The notes under the pieces are model-generated. The model made no database searches. It was not told the origin of the DNA and saw only the letters and a list, made by a program, of their open reading frames with translations. A program made the position numbers and the translations under genes. Of a stretch of 64,000 nt of DNA, positions 39,547-49,255 are shown piece by piece (within the stretch, counting starts at the first letter, position 1; each line of letters begins with the position of its first letter). This DNA is from Polyangiaceae bacterium (GTDB taxonomy: Bacteria; Myxococcota_A; Polyangia; Polyangiales; Polyangiaceae): NCBI GenBank assembly GCA_050287085.1, contig JBNKBE010000012.1:1-64000 (forward strand), given 5' to 3'.

Positions 39547-41136
39547 TCAGCCTGAGTCGCGCTTGCCTTCGCGCAGCGCCCGCTGCACAACGGCCGCGGC
39601 CTCGTCCACCTTGACGCGCTCCTGGCGTCGACTGTCGCGATACCGAATCGTCACGCAGCCGTCGTCCTTGGTGTCCCCGTCGATTGTCAGGCAATAGGGC
39701 GTCCCGATTTCGTCGTGTCTTGTGTAACGCTTGCCAATCGTATGCTGCGAATCCAGTTTGGCGTTGATACCAGACTGAAAGAGTTCGTCCGCAATAGCGC
39801 GAGCCGTCTCCGGCATGCCTTCCTTCTTGACAAGCGGCAACACGGCCACCTTGTACGGTGCAAGGCGCGGGTGCAAGCGGAGAACGGTACGCGCCCCCTT
39901 CCCATCGGCATCCGCAGGCTCTTCGTCGTAGGCGTCACACAACAATGCCAATAAGCCGCGCGTGGCGCCCGCAGCCGGCTCTATTACGTGGGGCACGTAC
40001 CGCCATCCCTTTTTGCCCGTTTCGGGATCGATCGCTTCCGGATCGTGGTAGGTCAACTTCTTGCCGGAGCCGGCCGAATGTGCCTTGAGATCATAGTCGG
40101 TGCGGGAGGCAATGCCCTCGAGCTCATCCCATCCCCACGGAAACTCATACTCGACGTCAAAACAACCATTGCTGTAGTGAGCCAGCTCGTCGGGATCGTG
40201 CGGCCGTAGTCGTAGTCGTTCGGGGCGCAGGCCCAAACTCTGCCACCACGCGCGGCGCTGCTCCTTCCAGTACTCCAGCCACTTGGGCCCCTCGCCAGGC
40301 TCTACGAAGTACTCGAGCTCCATCTGCTCAAACTCGCATGAGCGAAAGATGAAATGCTCAACCGTGACCTCGTTGCGAAAACTCTTGCCCATCTGGGCAA
40401 TCCCAAAAGGAACCTTCAACGATAGGCTCTGCTGCACATTCTGAAACTGCACGAACATGGCCTGTGCGGTCTCGGGCCGCAAGTACACGCTCGAGTCCGA
40501 TAGCGCGCTCTCGACCTTCGCGCGCAAAGCTGCATCGTCCAATCCCTCGTTCACCCCGGCCTTAACCTGTTCGATGACCCCCCCCACGGGATCGAGCGGA
40601 CCTAGGCTAGTTCGAAACATCAAGTTGAACGCCCGCTCCGAACTCAGCAGGGGCGAACCGCAATTGCTGCACACGTACCCGCGCTCATTGCCGGTGGCGC
40701 CCAATAGCTCGGCGCCCTGCCGCTGCAATTCGATGCCTTGCCGAGCTAGCGATTCTTGTGCGACCTTGGCCCTGCCCTTGTCGCTCAGGGTGATCGGAGC
40801 GGGTGCTCCCGGGGCTAGGCGCGGGGCCTTGTCCGCGCGAAAGCGCTCCCCACAGACTTTGCAGTCGACAAGCGGGTCACTGAAGTTCGCCAGGTGCCCA
40901 CTCGCCCGCCACACGTTGGGATGCATGATGATGGACGCATCGATACCGACGATGTCCTCGCGCTGATGCACCATGGCGCTCCACCACTCCTGCATCAGGT
41001 TGCGCTTCAACTCGGCCCCCATGGGCCCGTAGTCGTAGGAGCTCTTGAGTCCCCCGTAGATCTCGGAACTCTGAAATACGAAGCCGCGACGCTTGCACAG
41101 CGACACGATTTTCTGCATCAACTCGGGCTCAGCCAT
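39547..41136 (-). CDS. glyQS: Glycine--tRNA ligase (homodimeric alpha2 type)
   Basis: KRRGFVFQSSEIYGG, YLRPETAQ, GKSFRNE, EFEQME, ELEGIASRTDYDL, VIEP, anticodon domain DEIGTPYC. Confidence 0.95.
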   Translation of the reverse strand: MAEPELMQKIVSLCKRRGFVFQSSEIYGGLKSSYDYGPMGAELKRNLMQEWWSAMVHQREDIVGIDASIIMHPNVWRASGHLANFSDPLVDCKVCGERFRADKAPRLAPGAPAPITLSDKGRAKVAQESLARQGIELQRQGAELLGATGNERGYVCSNCGSPLLSSERAFNLMFRTSLGPLDPVGGVIEQVKAGVNEGLDDAALRAKVESALSDSSVYLRPETAQAMFVQFQNVQQSLSLKVPFGIAQMGKSFRNEVTVEHFIFRSCEFEQMELEYFVEPGEGPKWLEYWKEQRRAWWQSLGLRPERLRLRPHDPDELAHYSNGCFDVEYEFPWGWDELEGIASRTDYDLKAHSAGSGKKLTYHDPEAIDPETGKKGWRYVPHVIEPAAGATRGLLALLCDAYDEEPADADGKGARTVLRLHPRLAPYKVAVLPLVKKEGMPETARAIADELFQSGINAKLDSQHTIGKRYTRHDEIGTPYCLTIDGDTKDDGCVTIRYRDSRRQERVKVDEAAAVVQRALREGKRDSG

Positions 41137-41257
41137 GGCGCCCTATTACCAGCTCTGCGCGCGCCTGTAACCCGCGGAGCAGCGCAACCCTCGGCGTCGG
41201 GGCGGGGCCAGAGGCCAAATGGTTCGACGACCGGCCTCTCCGAGCGAACTGAGATGC

Positions 41258-42994
41258 CTAGGCGACCGCTCCCACGGCCCGCCGAAAGGACTGGGGCATC
41301 CCGGCCAGCTGCGCAGCGCCCACTGCCGGCACCGTGAGCTCGAAGCCTACGCCCTCGCGCCGCCCTGACAGCAAGCGCAGGTCTCCGCCTCGGGCCCGCA
41401 GCAAGGTACGCGCCGCGGCCAAACCTTCGCCACGCCCGGCGAGTTCACAGACGTCGTCGCGAGAGCTGATTCCAGCCTCAAATACGAGTTCCAAGCGATC
41501 TCGCTCGCTAGCACGCTCAGCCTGTTCCTCCGTCCAGATACCATTGGCGACGGCACGGCGCACCAACCTGATGTCATCGATACCGGAGCCGTCGTCCCGC
41601 ACGCACACGCTGCACATTTCCGGGGTCCGCTGGCCACTGACGGAGAGCCGCAGCTCGCGGCGCCCGCGGGCGCCGTGCGCGAGCGCGTTGTTCAACACAT
41701 GCACGAGCGCGGGCTCGATCATGTCCATTTCCTCGCGGGAAAAGAGGCCTTCGTTCGGGTCGTATTCGAAGGTGAGAGAGATGCCCATCCGCTGCGCCAC
41801 ACGCTCCAGGCGTTGTTGTTGCAAACGCAGACGCTGACTCAACGGCAGCCGCAGCAAGCTCGCAACCAGTTCGCTCAGATGCGGCTCACCCATTGCGCGC
41901 GCATGGCTCTGCAGAGCGCTGAATGCGTGCGCATGAACGATGCGATATGACAGTTCGTCCAAAGAGAGCGTCTTGCGCACATCCGCAACCTGCTCTTGGA
42001 ACAACAACGCCACTTGCTCCAGCCTCGGGGCGAAGTCGGCGGGTTCCTCGTCCAGTAGGGCATCCTCGAGCTCGTGAACGCTCCTGGCGACGGCGCAAAA
42101 GCCGAAGACGGACGTGGTGCCCTTGAGGGTGTGCAGCTCGCGCTTCAGCTCTGGCGCCGCTACCGGGAGCAAAGCGGCCTCAGCAAAGCGCTGGTCCGCC
42201 TCTAGCGCAAAAGAGGCAAAAGCCTCTGCGTCGCCAGCTGCGGCCGCGAGGCGCCCGACGCGCTCGGCCTCGAGCTGGGCACGGCGTTGTTCTGCGCTCT
42301 CGCGGGTCTTGTCCTCCACGATCACGAGAACGCCCTCCAGTGCCAAATCATCCCCTCGCACCGCCGCGTACCTGACGCGCAGGTCGCGCCCCTGGGCGAC
42401 CTCCGGGAGCGCCCGCGTCCCCAGCATATTCGCCGTTGGTTCAAAGGGGCTGTCAAATCCGGACTCGTCCCAGAGGAGCTCGAGAATGGACGCGGTGTCT
42501 TCCACCTGAGTACCCAAAAAGCGCAAGCAGAACGCGTCCAAATGGGTGCAGTCGCAGGCGCCTGGCAAGAGCGACTCGAGCGCGTCCGAGCGAGCTCCCA
42601 CCAACGCCCCCCCGGGCTCAAACAGTAGGATCCCTTCGGGAAGAGCCCGCAACAACGCCGCCCGATGGTCGTTCTCTCGAGCCAGCTCGGAGAGCGCGGC
42701 GCTCAGGGCGGCGGTGCGTTGTGCCACGAGCTCGGCCAAATTGTCAGAGAACAAGCGTACGCGGTCGTTCTGACGCCCACCGAGCGCTGCAAAAGCACCC
42801 AGGAAAATGGGCGCAGACGCGATAACCCAAAACAATGGGTCGCTTTGCACAATGAGCCAAGCCGCTTCGCTACCGAGCTCTGCCGTACGAATTGCGGCTG
42901 CAAGCAGCGGAAAAGCGACACCGAAGACCGCGCCATATACGGCCCATCGCAGAGTCGAGGTCACGGAGTCCTGGAACGGCCACGCCAAACACAT
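41258..42994 (-). CDS. Membrane-anchored CheA-like histidine kinase (TM-PAS-like-HPt-HATPase)
   Basis: Two TM helices; HPt RELHTLKG; CheA-type HVLNNALAHG, DDGSGID, ISSRDDVCELAGRGEGL; no CheW domain. Confidence 0.8.
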   Translation of the reverse strand: MCLAWPFQDSVTSTLRWAVYGAVFGVAFPLLAAAIRTAELGSEAAWLIVQSDPLFWVIASAPIFLGAFAALGGRQNDRVRLFSDNLAELVAQRTAALSAALSELARENDHRAALLRALPEGILLFEPGGALVGARSDALESLLPGACDCTHLDAFCLRFLGTQVEDTASILELLWDESGFDSPFEPTANMLGTRALPEVAQGRDLRVRYAAVRGDDLALEGVLVIVEDKTRESAEQRRAQLEAERVGRLAAAAGDAEAFASFALEADQRFAEAALLPVAAPELKRELHTLKGTTSVFGFCAVARSVHELEDALLDEEPADFAPRLEQVALLFQEQVADVRKTLSLDELSYRIVHAHAFSALQSHARAMGEPHLSELVASLLRLPLSQRLRLQQQRLERVAQRMGISLTFEYDPNEGLFSREEMDMIEPALVHVLNNALAHGARGRRELRLSVSGQRTPEMCSVCVRDDGSGIDDIRLVRRAVANGIWTEEQAERASERDRLELVFEAGISSRDDVCELAGRGEGLAAARTLLRARGGDLRLLSGRREGVGFELTVPAVGAAQLAGMPQSFRRAVGAVA

Positions 42995-43220
42995 CGTGAA
43001 TGCGTTTATTCCGAGCGCCCCCTAATTGGCACACAGCTCGAGCGCCCTTCACAACGGAAGCTCAGAACGGTCCAGAGCGGCTCGCTAGCAAGCAGCCCCG
43101 GAGTGAGCTAGTATCTCTTCACATGACGCCGCTTCGTCGACAACACTCGATGTGCCTCATCCGGCTCAGCCGGAGCTTGCACGGCGCATTCGCGGCAGCT
43201 TGGAAAGCGCGGTATCCGCT

Positions 43221-43871
43221 ATGACCCTTCCTACTACAGACCCACCGGATCTCAGCGCCTACCTCGCCATTGATATCGTCGCGGAAATACTGGGTGCACT
43301 CGACCGCGACCTACCCCCGTCGCTGTATTACCACGGGCCATCCCACACCCGTGAGGTGTTGTCGGAAACCCTGCGCTTCGCCCTCGCCGACGGCGTTGCC
43401 CCGAGGGACCTAGAGCTGCTCGCCATTGCTGCGGCCTACCACGACGCGGGCTTCTTGGAGCGCTATGAGCGAAACGAAGCGGTTGGCGCTGCCATGGCCC
43501 GGGCCGCGATGCGCAAAACGCAGCGCTACGGCGAGGCGGAAATGCTCGAGGTCGAAAACATGATCTTGTCGACCGCTGTGGAAGACACGGAAGCAGGCCC
43601 ACGTCGCACGCAACGGACAGAACTCGCCGCCTACTTGATGGATGCGGACTGGGGCTCTTTTGGACGCGAAGATTTCTTCGAGAAAGTGGAACAGCTGATA
43701 GGCGAGACCGGCGCGGAACGACACGCCTTCATGCGCACAGCTGCGCTGTACGTGACAACCCAACGCTGGCTTACACCCGCGGCAGAGCGCCTGCGAGCGG
43801 CGGGCAAAGAAGCCAACCTGCAACAGCTCCAGACCCGTCTCGCGGCCGACCACTCTGCGCGCAGCGCGTGA
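43221..43871 (+). CDS. HD-domain metal-dependent phosphohydrolase
   Basis: YYHGPSHT, AAAYHDAG, DAD motif; start re-set to MTLPTT. Confidence 0.85.
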   Translation: MTLPTTDPPDLSAYLAIDIVAEILGALDRDLPPSLYYHGPSHTREVLSETLRFALADGVAPRDLELLAIAAAYHDAGFLERYERNEAVGAAMARAAMRKTQRYGEAEMLEVENMILSTAVEDTEAGPRRTQRTELAAYLMDADWGSFGREDFFEKVEQLIGETGAERHAFMRTAALYVTTQRWLTPAAERLRAAGKEANLQQLQTRLAADHSARSA

Positions 43872-44003
43872 ATCCCACGAGGTCCCCCAGCTTCTCCCTT
43901 TTCGACTTGGGTCTGGCCAGCGCCTCCGCCTTTGAGGCGAGCGCCAGCTGCTAGCTCAGAAAGTGGGTCGCATTCTCGGCCAGAGCATGGCATGCGGGAA
44001 GTG

Positions 44004-45263
44004 ATGTTTGCTCGTCTGAGACTCCACCTTCCTGCTCGCCCTCTGGCCAGACCGTGGCTTCGCTCCTTGCCATCCCTCTCGCCGCAGCCCCTTGCACCCC
44101 GCTTGGCGCGTCCCCTGGCAGGTCTGCTCTTGCTGGCGGGAACGGCTTGCAATCAACACCAAGACACCGAGAAGCGCTCCGAAGCCCAAGCCACCGAAGC
44201 GGCGCCCGCGAGCGCAGCCCCCACGACCACAGCCGCACCCACGGCCGCGTCCTCCCAGGCCCCTGGCGAAGCGGCGCGGGCGACGGCGAAACGACGCCTG
44301 CCCCTGGCTGCGCTCGGAGGCATGCTCTACGCGCAGTACTGCAAGCTCTGCCATGGTCCGACGGGCGAAGGCTACGTGGCGGACAATGCGCCGTCCCTCG
44401 TCTCGCAATCCTTTCTCGAAAGCGCTAGCGACGAGTTCATCGCTAGTGGGATCCGCATGGGTCGTCCCAATACTGCAATGGCAGCCTACGGCCGCGATCG
44501 CGGGGGCCCTCTCTCTGACGTAGACATCAAAGCCATCGTGCAGTTCATCCGCTCCCGTGGCGCGGATGTGAAGACCTTGCCTACTCCGCAGCTGACCGGC
44601 GACGCCAAACGGGGCCAACAGGTTTACCTGGCACAGTGCGTAAAATGCCACGGCGACTCAACCCATCGCGGAACAGCACCCGCCCTGCACAACCCAGAGT
44701 TCTTGGCCGCCGCCTCCCCCGCCTTTCTGCAGCACGCCATCGTGAACGGCAGACCTCCGACGCCCATGCTTCCATTCGGCAAGACCCTGCGCCCGGAGCA
44801 GATAGCCGATATCCTGGCCTACCTAAAGAGCCTCGCACCGACGGCACCTACACAACCCATCAAGGCCGGCGTCCCCAAGGACTTGGCGATGGTGATCAAC
44901 CCCAAAGGGGCCGCCCCATCATTCACACTGCGAAGCGACCGCTTCGTGAGCGCCGACCAGGTCAAGACCGCCCTTGACAAGAAACAACGCCTCATACTGA
45001 TCGACGCGCGTTCGCCCGCAGACTGGATTCAGTTTCACATCCCTGGCTCCGTGCCCATCCCCTACTACGACGCGCAAGCCCTAGCCAAAATCCCAGACGA
45101 TGGCACCTGGGTGGTCGCTTATTGCGCTTGTCCCCACCACGCTTCAGGGGAGGTTGTCGACGCCCTACGCAAACGCGGCTACAAGCACACGGCCGTCCTG
45201 GACGAAGGGATCCTCGTGTGGAAAGACCGCGGCTACGCGCTTGCTGGAGAAGCCGTCAAGTAG
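44004..45263 (+). CDS. Diheme c-type cytochrome-rhodanese fusion lipoprotein
   Basis: Lipobox GTAC; heme motifs CKLCH and CVKCH with distal Met motifs (PNTAM, PTPM); rhodanese DARS...HIPGS...YCACPH; start uncertain (43992 or 44004). Confidence 0.85.
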   Translation: MFARLRLHLPARPLARPWLRSLPSLSPQPLAPRLARPLAGLLLLAGTACNQHQDTEKRSEAQATEAAPASAAPTTTAAPTAASSQAPGEAARATAKRRLPLAALGGMLYAQYCKLCHGPTGEGYVADNAPSLVSQSFLESASDEFIASGIRMGRPNTAMAAYGRDRGGPLSDVDIKAIVQFIRSRGADVKTLPTPQLTGDAKRGQQVYLAQCVKCHGDSTHRGTAPALHNPEFLAAASPAFLQHAIVNGRPPTPMLPFGKTLRPEQIADILAYLKSLAPTAPTQPIKAGVPKDLAMVINPKGAAPSFTLRSDRFVSADQVKTALDKKQRLILIDARSPADWIQFHIPGSVPIPYYDAQALAKIPDDGTWVVAYCACPHHASGEVVDALRKRGYKHTAVLDEGILVWKDRGYALAGEAVK

Positions 45264-45297
45264 GCGTCGCAGCAGCATCACCTGGCCCGTGGCAACT

Positions 45298-45342
45298 GCG
45301 ACTTGGAACAAAGCGACTTGGAACAAAGCGACTTGGAACAAG
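45298..45342. repeat. Intergenic 15-bp tandem repeat x3
   Basis: GCGACTTGGAACAAA x2 plus GCGACTTGGAACAAG, with no spacers. Confidence 0.9.
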
Positions 45343-45400
45343 GCGTCGCGGGCCACGGGCGGTAGACATCACGCGGCTGGCAAACGCATAACGCGTGGCC

Positions 45401-46681
45401 TCACTGAGCGCAGTGAGTGCGGAACAATTCTCGAATGTGTTTCCCGCTCTCGGTGAGGTGCCCCTCGTCCCATGCGCCGGAGCCCGGGGCCCCCGGCTGC
45501 AGAACGGAAATGGTCTCACCTTCCTTGTCAGCGACGGCATAGTTCACCCAGCTGACCTGATGCTCATCCAAGAAGTCGAACCAGGCCTGCCACTCCGTGA
45601 AGTCATTGGGTCCCGTGCCCGCGGCTTCACTGCCACCGGATTCACTGACAAAAATGGGAAGTCCTCGACTCATGGCGTCGGCCGCTCGATCCCGCAGATA
45701 CTGCCCATGGGTAGCTGCGTAGAAGTGTAGTGAATACACCACGTTGCTGTCCGTGGTGATAGGGTCGTCGGCCGCCTGATCAACGCGCTGATCCCACTCG
45801 GGGCTACCCACGATCACAACGTTGTCGGGGTCGTGCTGACGGATGGCCGCGATGACGGCCTCCGCATACGCCTTGACCTCAGACCAGGACTGCATTTCGG
45901 GTTCGTTGAAAACCTCGTATAGGACGTTGGGCTTGTCGCCATAGGTCTGGGCCATTTCGGTGAAGAACTCGATCGCTTCGGCCTGATGGAGCTCATGCGA
46001 GTGCCAGTCGATGATGACGTAGATGCCTTCCTGAATCGCCGCGTCGACGACCGCGCGGATCCGGGCTTTGGATTCCGCAGGATTCGCCAAGTACGCGCCG
46101 TCGGGATCGATGCCCATCGCGGGACGCACGAGGTCGACGCACCAATCATTCCGCAACCAGGAAACCACATCCGCGTTGTAGTATTGGGGCCACCAATTGT
46201 CCCAGCCGAACCCTTGACCCCGCAGCATTGCGACCTTGTCGTGCTCGTCGAGCAGCTCGCTACCGGAAACGTGCAATTGTCCATGACGCGCCACCGGGGA
46301 CATCCCGGGTTCGAGGCCCGACTCCGGCGCCCCCCCTGAGCCGCCCGGGGCTCCCGCTGAGCCGCCCGGGGCTCCCGCTGCACCGCTCGGTGTCCCCGCT
46401 GCACCGCCCTCGTTGCCTTCCCCTGCTTGGCCCGCTGCCCCCACGTCCGCGCCCCCCGAATCGGGCTGAGCTCCGGCGCCGCCGGCCCCGTTGGCGACCC
46501 CGCCAGGCGCCGCGCCATCGTCAGGCTGCCCCGGCGACACCGCGCCCCCGACTCCCGACGTGCCGCCACCGTGGGTGCCCGCAGTGCTTTCCGCGTTCCG
46601 CGGAGCAACACCGCTTGAGCAGGCCACACAGGCCAATTGAAGGAGCCAAGCTCCTGCCCAAGTTCGTCGTGATCGATACAT
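45401..46681 (-). CDS. GH5 endoglucanase/cellulase lipoprotein with Gly/Ala linker
   Basis: Lipobox CVAC; HGQLHVSG, IIDWH, YEVFNEP (acid/base), LHFYA, FVSESG (nucleophile). Confidence 0.92.
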   Translation of the reverse strand: MYRSRRTWAGAWLLQLACVACSSGVAPRNAESTAGTHGGGTSGVGGAVSPGQPDDGAAPGGVANGAGGAGAQPDSGGADVGAAGQAGEGNEGGAAGTPSGAAGAPGGSAGAPGGSGGAPESGLEPGMSPVARHGQLHVSGSELLDEHDKVAMLRGQGFGWDNWWPQYYNADVVSWLRNDWCVDLVRPAMGIDPDGAYLANPAESKARIRAVVDAAIQEGIYVIIDWHSHELHQAEAIEFFTEMAQTYGDKPNVLYEVFNEPEMQSWSEVKAYAEAVIAAIRQHDPDNVVIVGSPEWDQRVDQAADDPITTDSNVVYSLHFYAATHGQYLRDRAADAMSRGLPIFVSESGGSEAAGTGPNDFTEWQAWFDFLDEHQVSWVNYAVADKEGETISVLQPGAPGSGAWDEGHLTESGKHIRELFRTHCAQ

Positions 46682-46752
46682 GTGTTGTCGCTCCTCGCCG
46701 GCCCAAGAAAGTCCGCTCTTGAGGCCACCAAAAGGCCCCTTCCAACGGCGTT

Positions 46753-46768
46753 TGCATAGCAACGTCCA
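46753..46768 (-). promoter_or_regulatory. Possible sigma-54 promoter for the GH5 gene
   Basis: TGGACGTTGCTATGCA has GG-N10-GC spacing but weak flanks; about 70 nt upstream of ATG 46681. Confidence 0.3.
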
Positions 46769-46887
46769 TCCGCGAAGCAAAGAGTATAGCCCCAATCGAA
46801 ACCCGCGTCGGACCACAAGGGGTACCCGTGAGCATCGGAGCTCGCCAGATCTTAGCGCGCATCCTTGCCCCAGCGCTCGCTACCAGG

Positions 46888-49035
46888 CTAGGGCTCGCGG
46901 CGGCAGTAGCGAAGCAACGAGCCGTCTTCCGCGCCAGCAAGAATATCCCCGCTGGATGAGAATAGCGCGGCCGTGACGCCCGTTCCGAACGTCATGCTGG
47001 CGCCTGTGGGCAGATGCAAGAGCGTCTCGCCAGAGACCAACCAATGCCCTTCAGGGGAGTAGCGAACGGCAGGGCCCGCTAGAGCTGGCACTGAGCCCAA
47101 CAGCTGACCGTCGGCAACCGCATAGCGATACGAGGAGCAATCGCGAACAAGCTCTTCGCATCGGGTGACGATCAGTTCGCTGCCGTCGGGAGAGAAGACA
47201 ACCGCGTCTTCGGTGCTCCACGGAGCCTCGCGAGCCTCATAGCCCCAGAGCTCTTTCCGGGACTCCAGCACGATCAAAGAAGGGCTTGCGGTGGCCAGGT
47301 ACGCACCGTCCGGAGAGAACGCAACTCCCTGGTTGCAGCCGCGCATTGGAAAGGCGCGTTCAAGAGTGAAGCCTTGGGTCGATCTGAACTCGGGAGAGCC
47401 GTAACGGTTGCCCGCAACCCATTGTCCATCGGGAGAAAAGCTCCAGTCCGGAGACAAACAGTCAGTCGAAAAACCAGCAGGAGGACTTTCGGTCATCTCA
47501 TGCCCGTCATCTAGGAGCAGCAAAACGTTGTCTCCGCTAGCTACGCTGGCGCTACCGTCCGGGGCGATCGCCACGTTCCAGGGCGGGCCCGCACCCTCGC
47601 TCTGAACGATTGGTCGCGATGCCGCAAAGTCCGAGCCGACCTCCCACATGATAACCGTATCTGCGTCGGTACTCACCAACGTCGTTCCATCCTCACTCAG
47701 GTCAAGATCGAACACCCGTTCCGCGTGACTTCCGTACAGAGCCCCCAGCGCCTTGCGAGCAAGATCCCGCTCCTGCACAACGGAGTATCCACGGGTTAAC
47801 AGACGGCGCCCGTCCCTCGATACATCAGCGGGAGTGCCGACGGGGATATCGATCCAATCATCAACGACCCGTCCACCGTCGACCGCGTCGAAAACCCCTA
47901 CCCCTGTCAGGCCGACATATCCCCCTCGAAAGGCCCGCAGCACCATTGGGGCTGTCGGCTGCGCGAAAGAATCGCGCCAGCGCTCCACCCCAGTCTCACT
48001 GTCGAGCGCTAGCAACATCTGCTCAACGGAAGCCGCCCCGCCTGCGCTGAGCCCAGAAACATCACGCCCCAAAACGAAGAGGGAGCGCGCGTCGCTTCCA
48101 AAGGCAAGAGCTTGCACTTCCACGGTACTTGCCGCGCCCCACTCAAAGGTCGAGACGAGCTCGCCCGCTAGCGTATAGCTGTACAGAGCTTCACCCGCAG
48201 CCACACGCACCGGAGCCTGCCCCGTCGCAACCCCCACGGCGGACGGCGCCGTCCGCGGCGCTTCCGCCGTGACGTACGGGATCTCGAAGTCGGAGACTTC
48301 CTCTCCTGTTCGCCAATCCCAAATGCAGATTCGTCCCCCCTCGGATCCAAACAGCAACGCCCCATCCGCGGAGAACGACACCGCCCCCTGACAGGCCGTA
48401 GCCCCACGTTTGACACTTCCCACAACGCCGAGCTGACCACTGCTGGGCCCAATGGGTGACTCGTCCGCAGCCCGCAAGATCGTCAGCTCGGAATCTGTCC
48501 AGCGAAGCCAATATTGCCCGTCCCGAGACAACGCCATGCCCAAATTGCCGAGCGGCGTTTCAGAAATCGGTGGGCTCATGGGCTGCGCCTGGGCAGCTCC
48601 GCTCTCAAACCCCACAAGTCCCCCCTGCTTATCCAAAACCAAGACCGAATCGTCAGCCCCAAAGAACGTCTGCTGCACCACCGGCGACGCTGATATCCTT
48701 CCGCACTCCTCGAAGCGGTATTGCGCGGATATCTCCGGCGAGACCTGCGGCCCCAAACGGGGCCGAGGCGGACCTGCATCGTGGTCCGTGGCGGCAACTC
48801 CACCGTCGGCAGCCCCCCGAGCCGCGGGGGTGGTGTGCAGACCTGCATCGGAGTGGTTCGTGACGGCGACGCCACCGTCCGCAGCCCCCCTCGCCCTCGG
48901 GGTAGCATGCCCCTCTTCGTCGGCGGCTGACTGATCGCTGGCCAATCGCTTGCCGCCGCACGCAACCACCAGCGCAGCAATCAGCGCGATTCGCGGCGCA
49001 CCCGACAACCTCAAGACACAATCCCACTTCGTCAT
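46888..49035 (-). CDS. WD40/PQQ-like beta-propeller lipoprotein
   Basis: Lipobox VVAC; many FSPDG / LSxDG repeats; duplicated ARGAADGGVA linker. Confidence 0.8.
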   Translation of the reverse strand: MTKWDCVLRLSGAPRIALIAALVVACGGKRLASDQSAADEEGHATPRARGAADGGVAVTNHSDAGLHTTPAARGAADGGVAATDHDAGPPRPRLGPQVSPEISAQYRFEECGRISASPVVQQTFFGADDSVLVLDKQGGLVGFESGAAQAQPMSPPISETPLGNLGMALSRDGQYWLRWTDSELTILRAADESPIGPSSGQLGVVGSVKRGATACQGAVSFSADGALLFGSEGGRICIWDWRTGEEVSDFEIPYVTAEAPRTAPSAVGVATGQAPVRVAAGEALYSYTLAGELVSTFEWGAASTVEVQALAFGSDARSLFVLGRDVSGLSAGGAASVEQMLLALDSETGVERWRDSFAQPTAPMVLRAFRGGYVGLTGVGVFDAVDGGRVVDDWIDIPVGTPADVSRDGRRLLTRGYSVVQERDLARKALGALYGSHAERVFDLDLSEDGTTLVSTDADTVIMWEVGSDFAASRPIVQSEGAGPPWNVAIAPDGSASVASGDNVLLLLDDGHEMTESPPAGFSTDCLSPDWSFSPDGQWVAGNRYGSPEFRSTQGFTLERAFPMRGCNQGVAFSPDGAYLATASPSLIVLESRKELWGYEAREAPWSTEDAVVFSPDGSELIVTRCEELVRDCSSYRYAVADGQLLGSVPALAGPAVRYSPEGHWLVSGETLLHLPTGASMTFGTGVTAALFSSSGDILAGAEDGSLLRYCRREP

Positions 49036-49255
49036 TTCCCGGCCTCCGGACTTGAAATCATGCTCGCCATGGGGCGGTGCCACAAGGGCGTTCCGCGACT
49101 GATATCGCAACTTCGAGGTGAGCTTGGCGACAAGGCCCGAGTCGTCTTGTAGACCCGCAGTCAGGACGGAAAGCTCCGTGCACGTCGTTCACAGTCCCGA
49201 TGCCCCCGCAGCGCCTCCCCGCGGGTGGGCTCTGTCAGTGGTAGCCTGTCAGAGC

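Noticed and set aside
41137..41257. tRNA (GGTTCGA) or T-box leader upstream of glycyl-tRNA synthetase
   Set aside because: No cloverleaf and no T-box consensus; only a short AGAGGCC/GGCCTCT hairpin.
43026..43042. Sigma-54 promoter-like TTGGCAC
   Set aside because: The -12 position reads GA, not GC, at the required spacing.
45298..45342. Possible mini-CRISPR array
   Set aside because: 15-bp head-to-tail units with no spacers and no cas genes; a simple tandem repeat.
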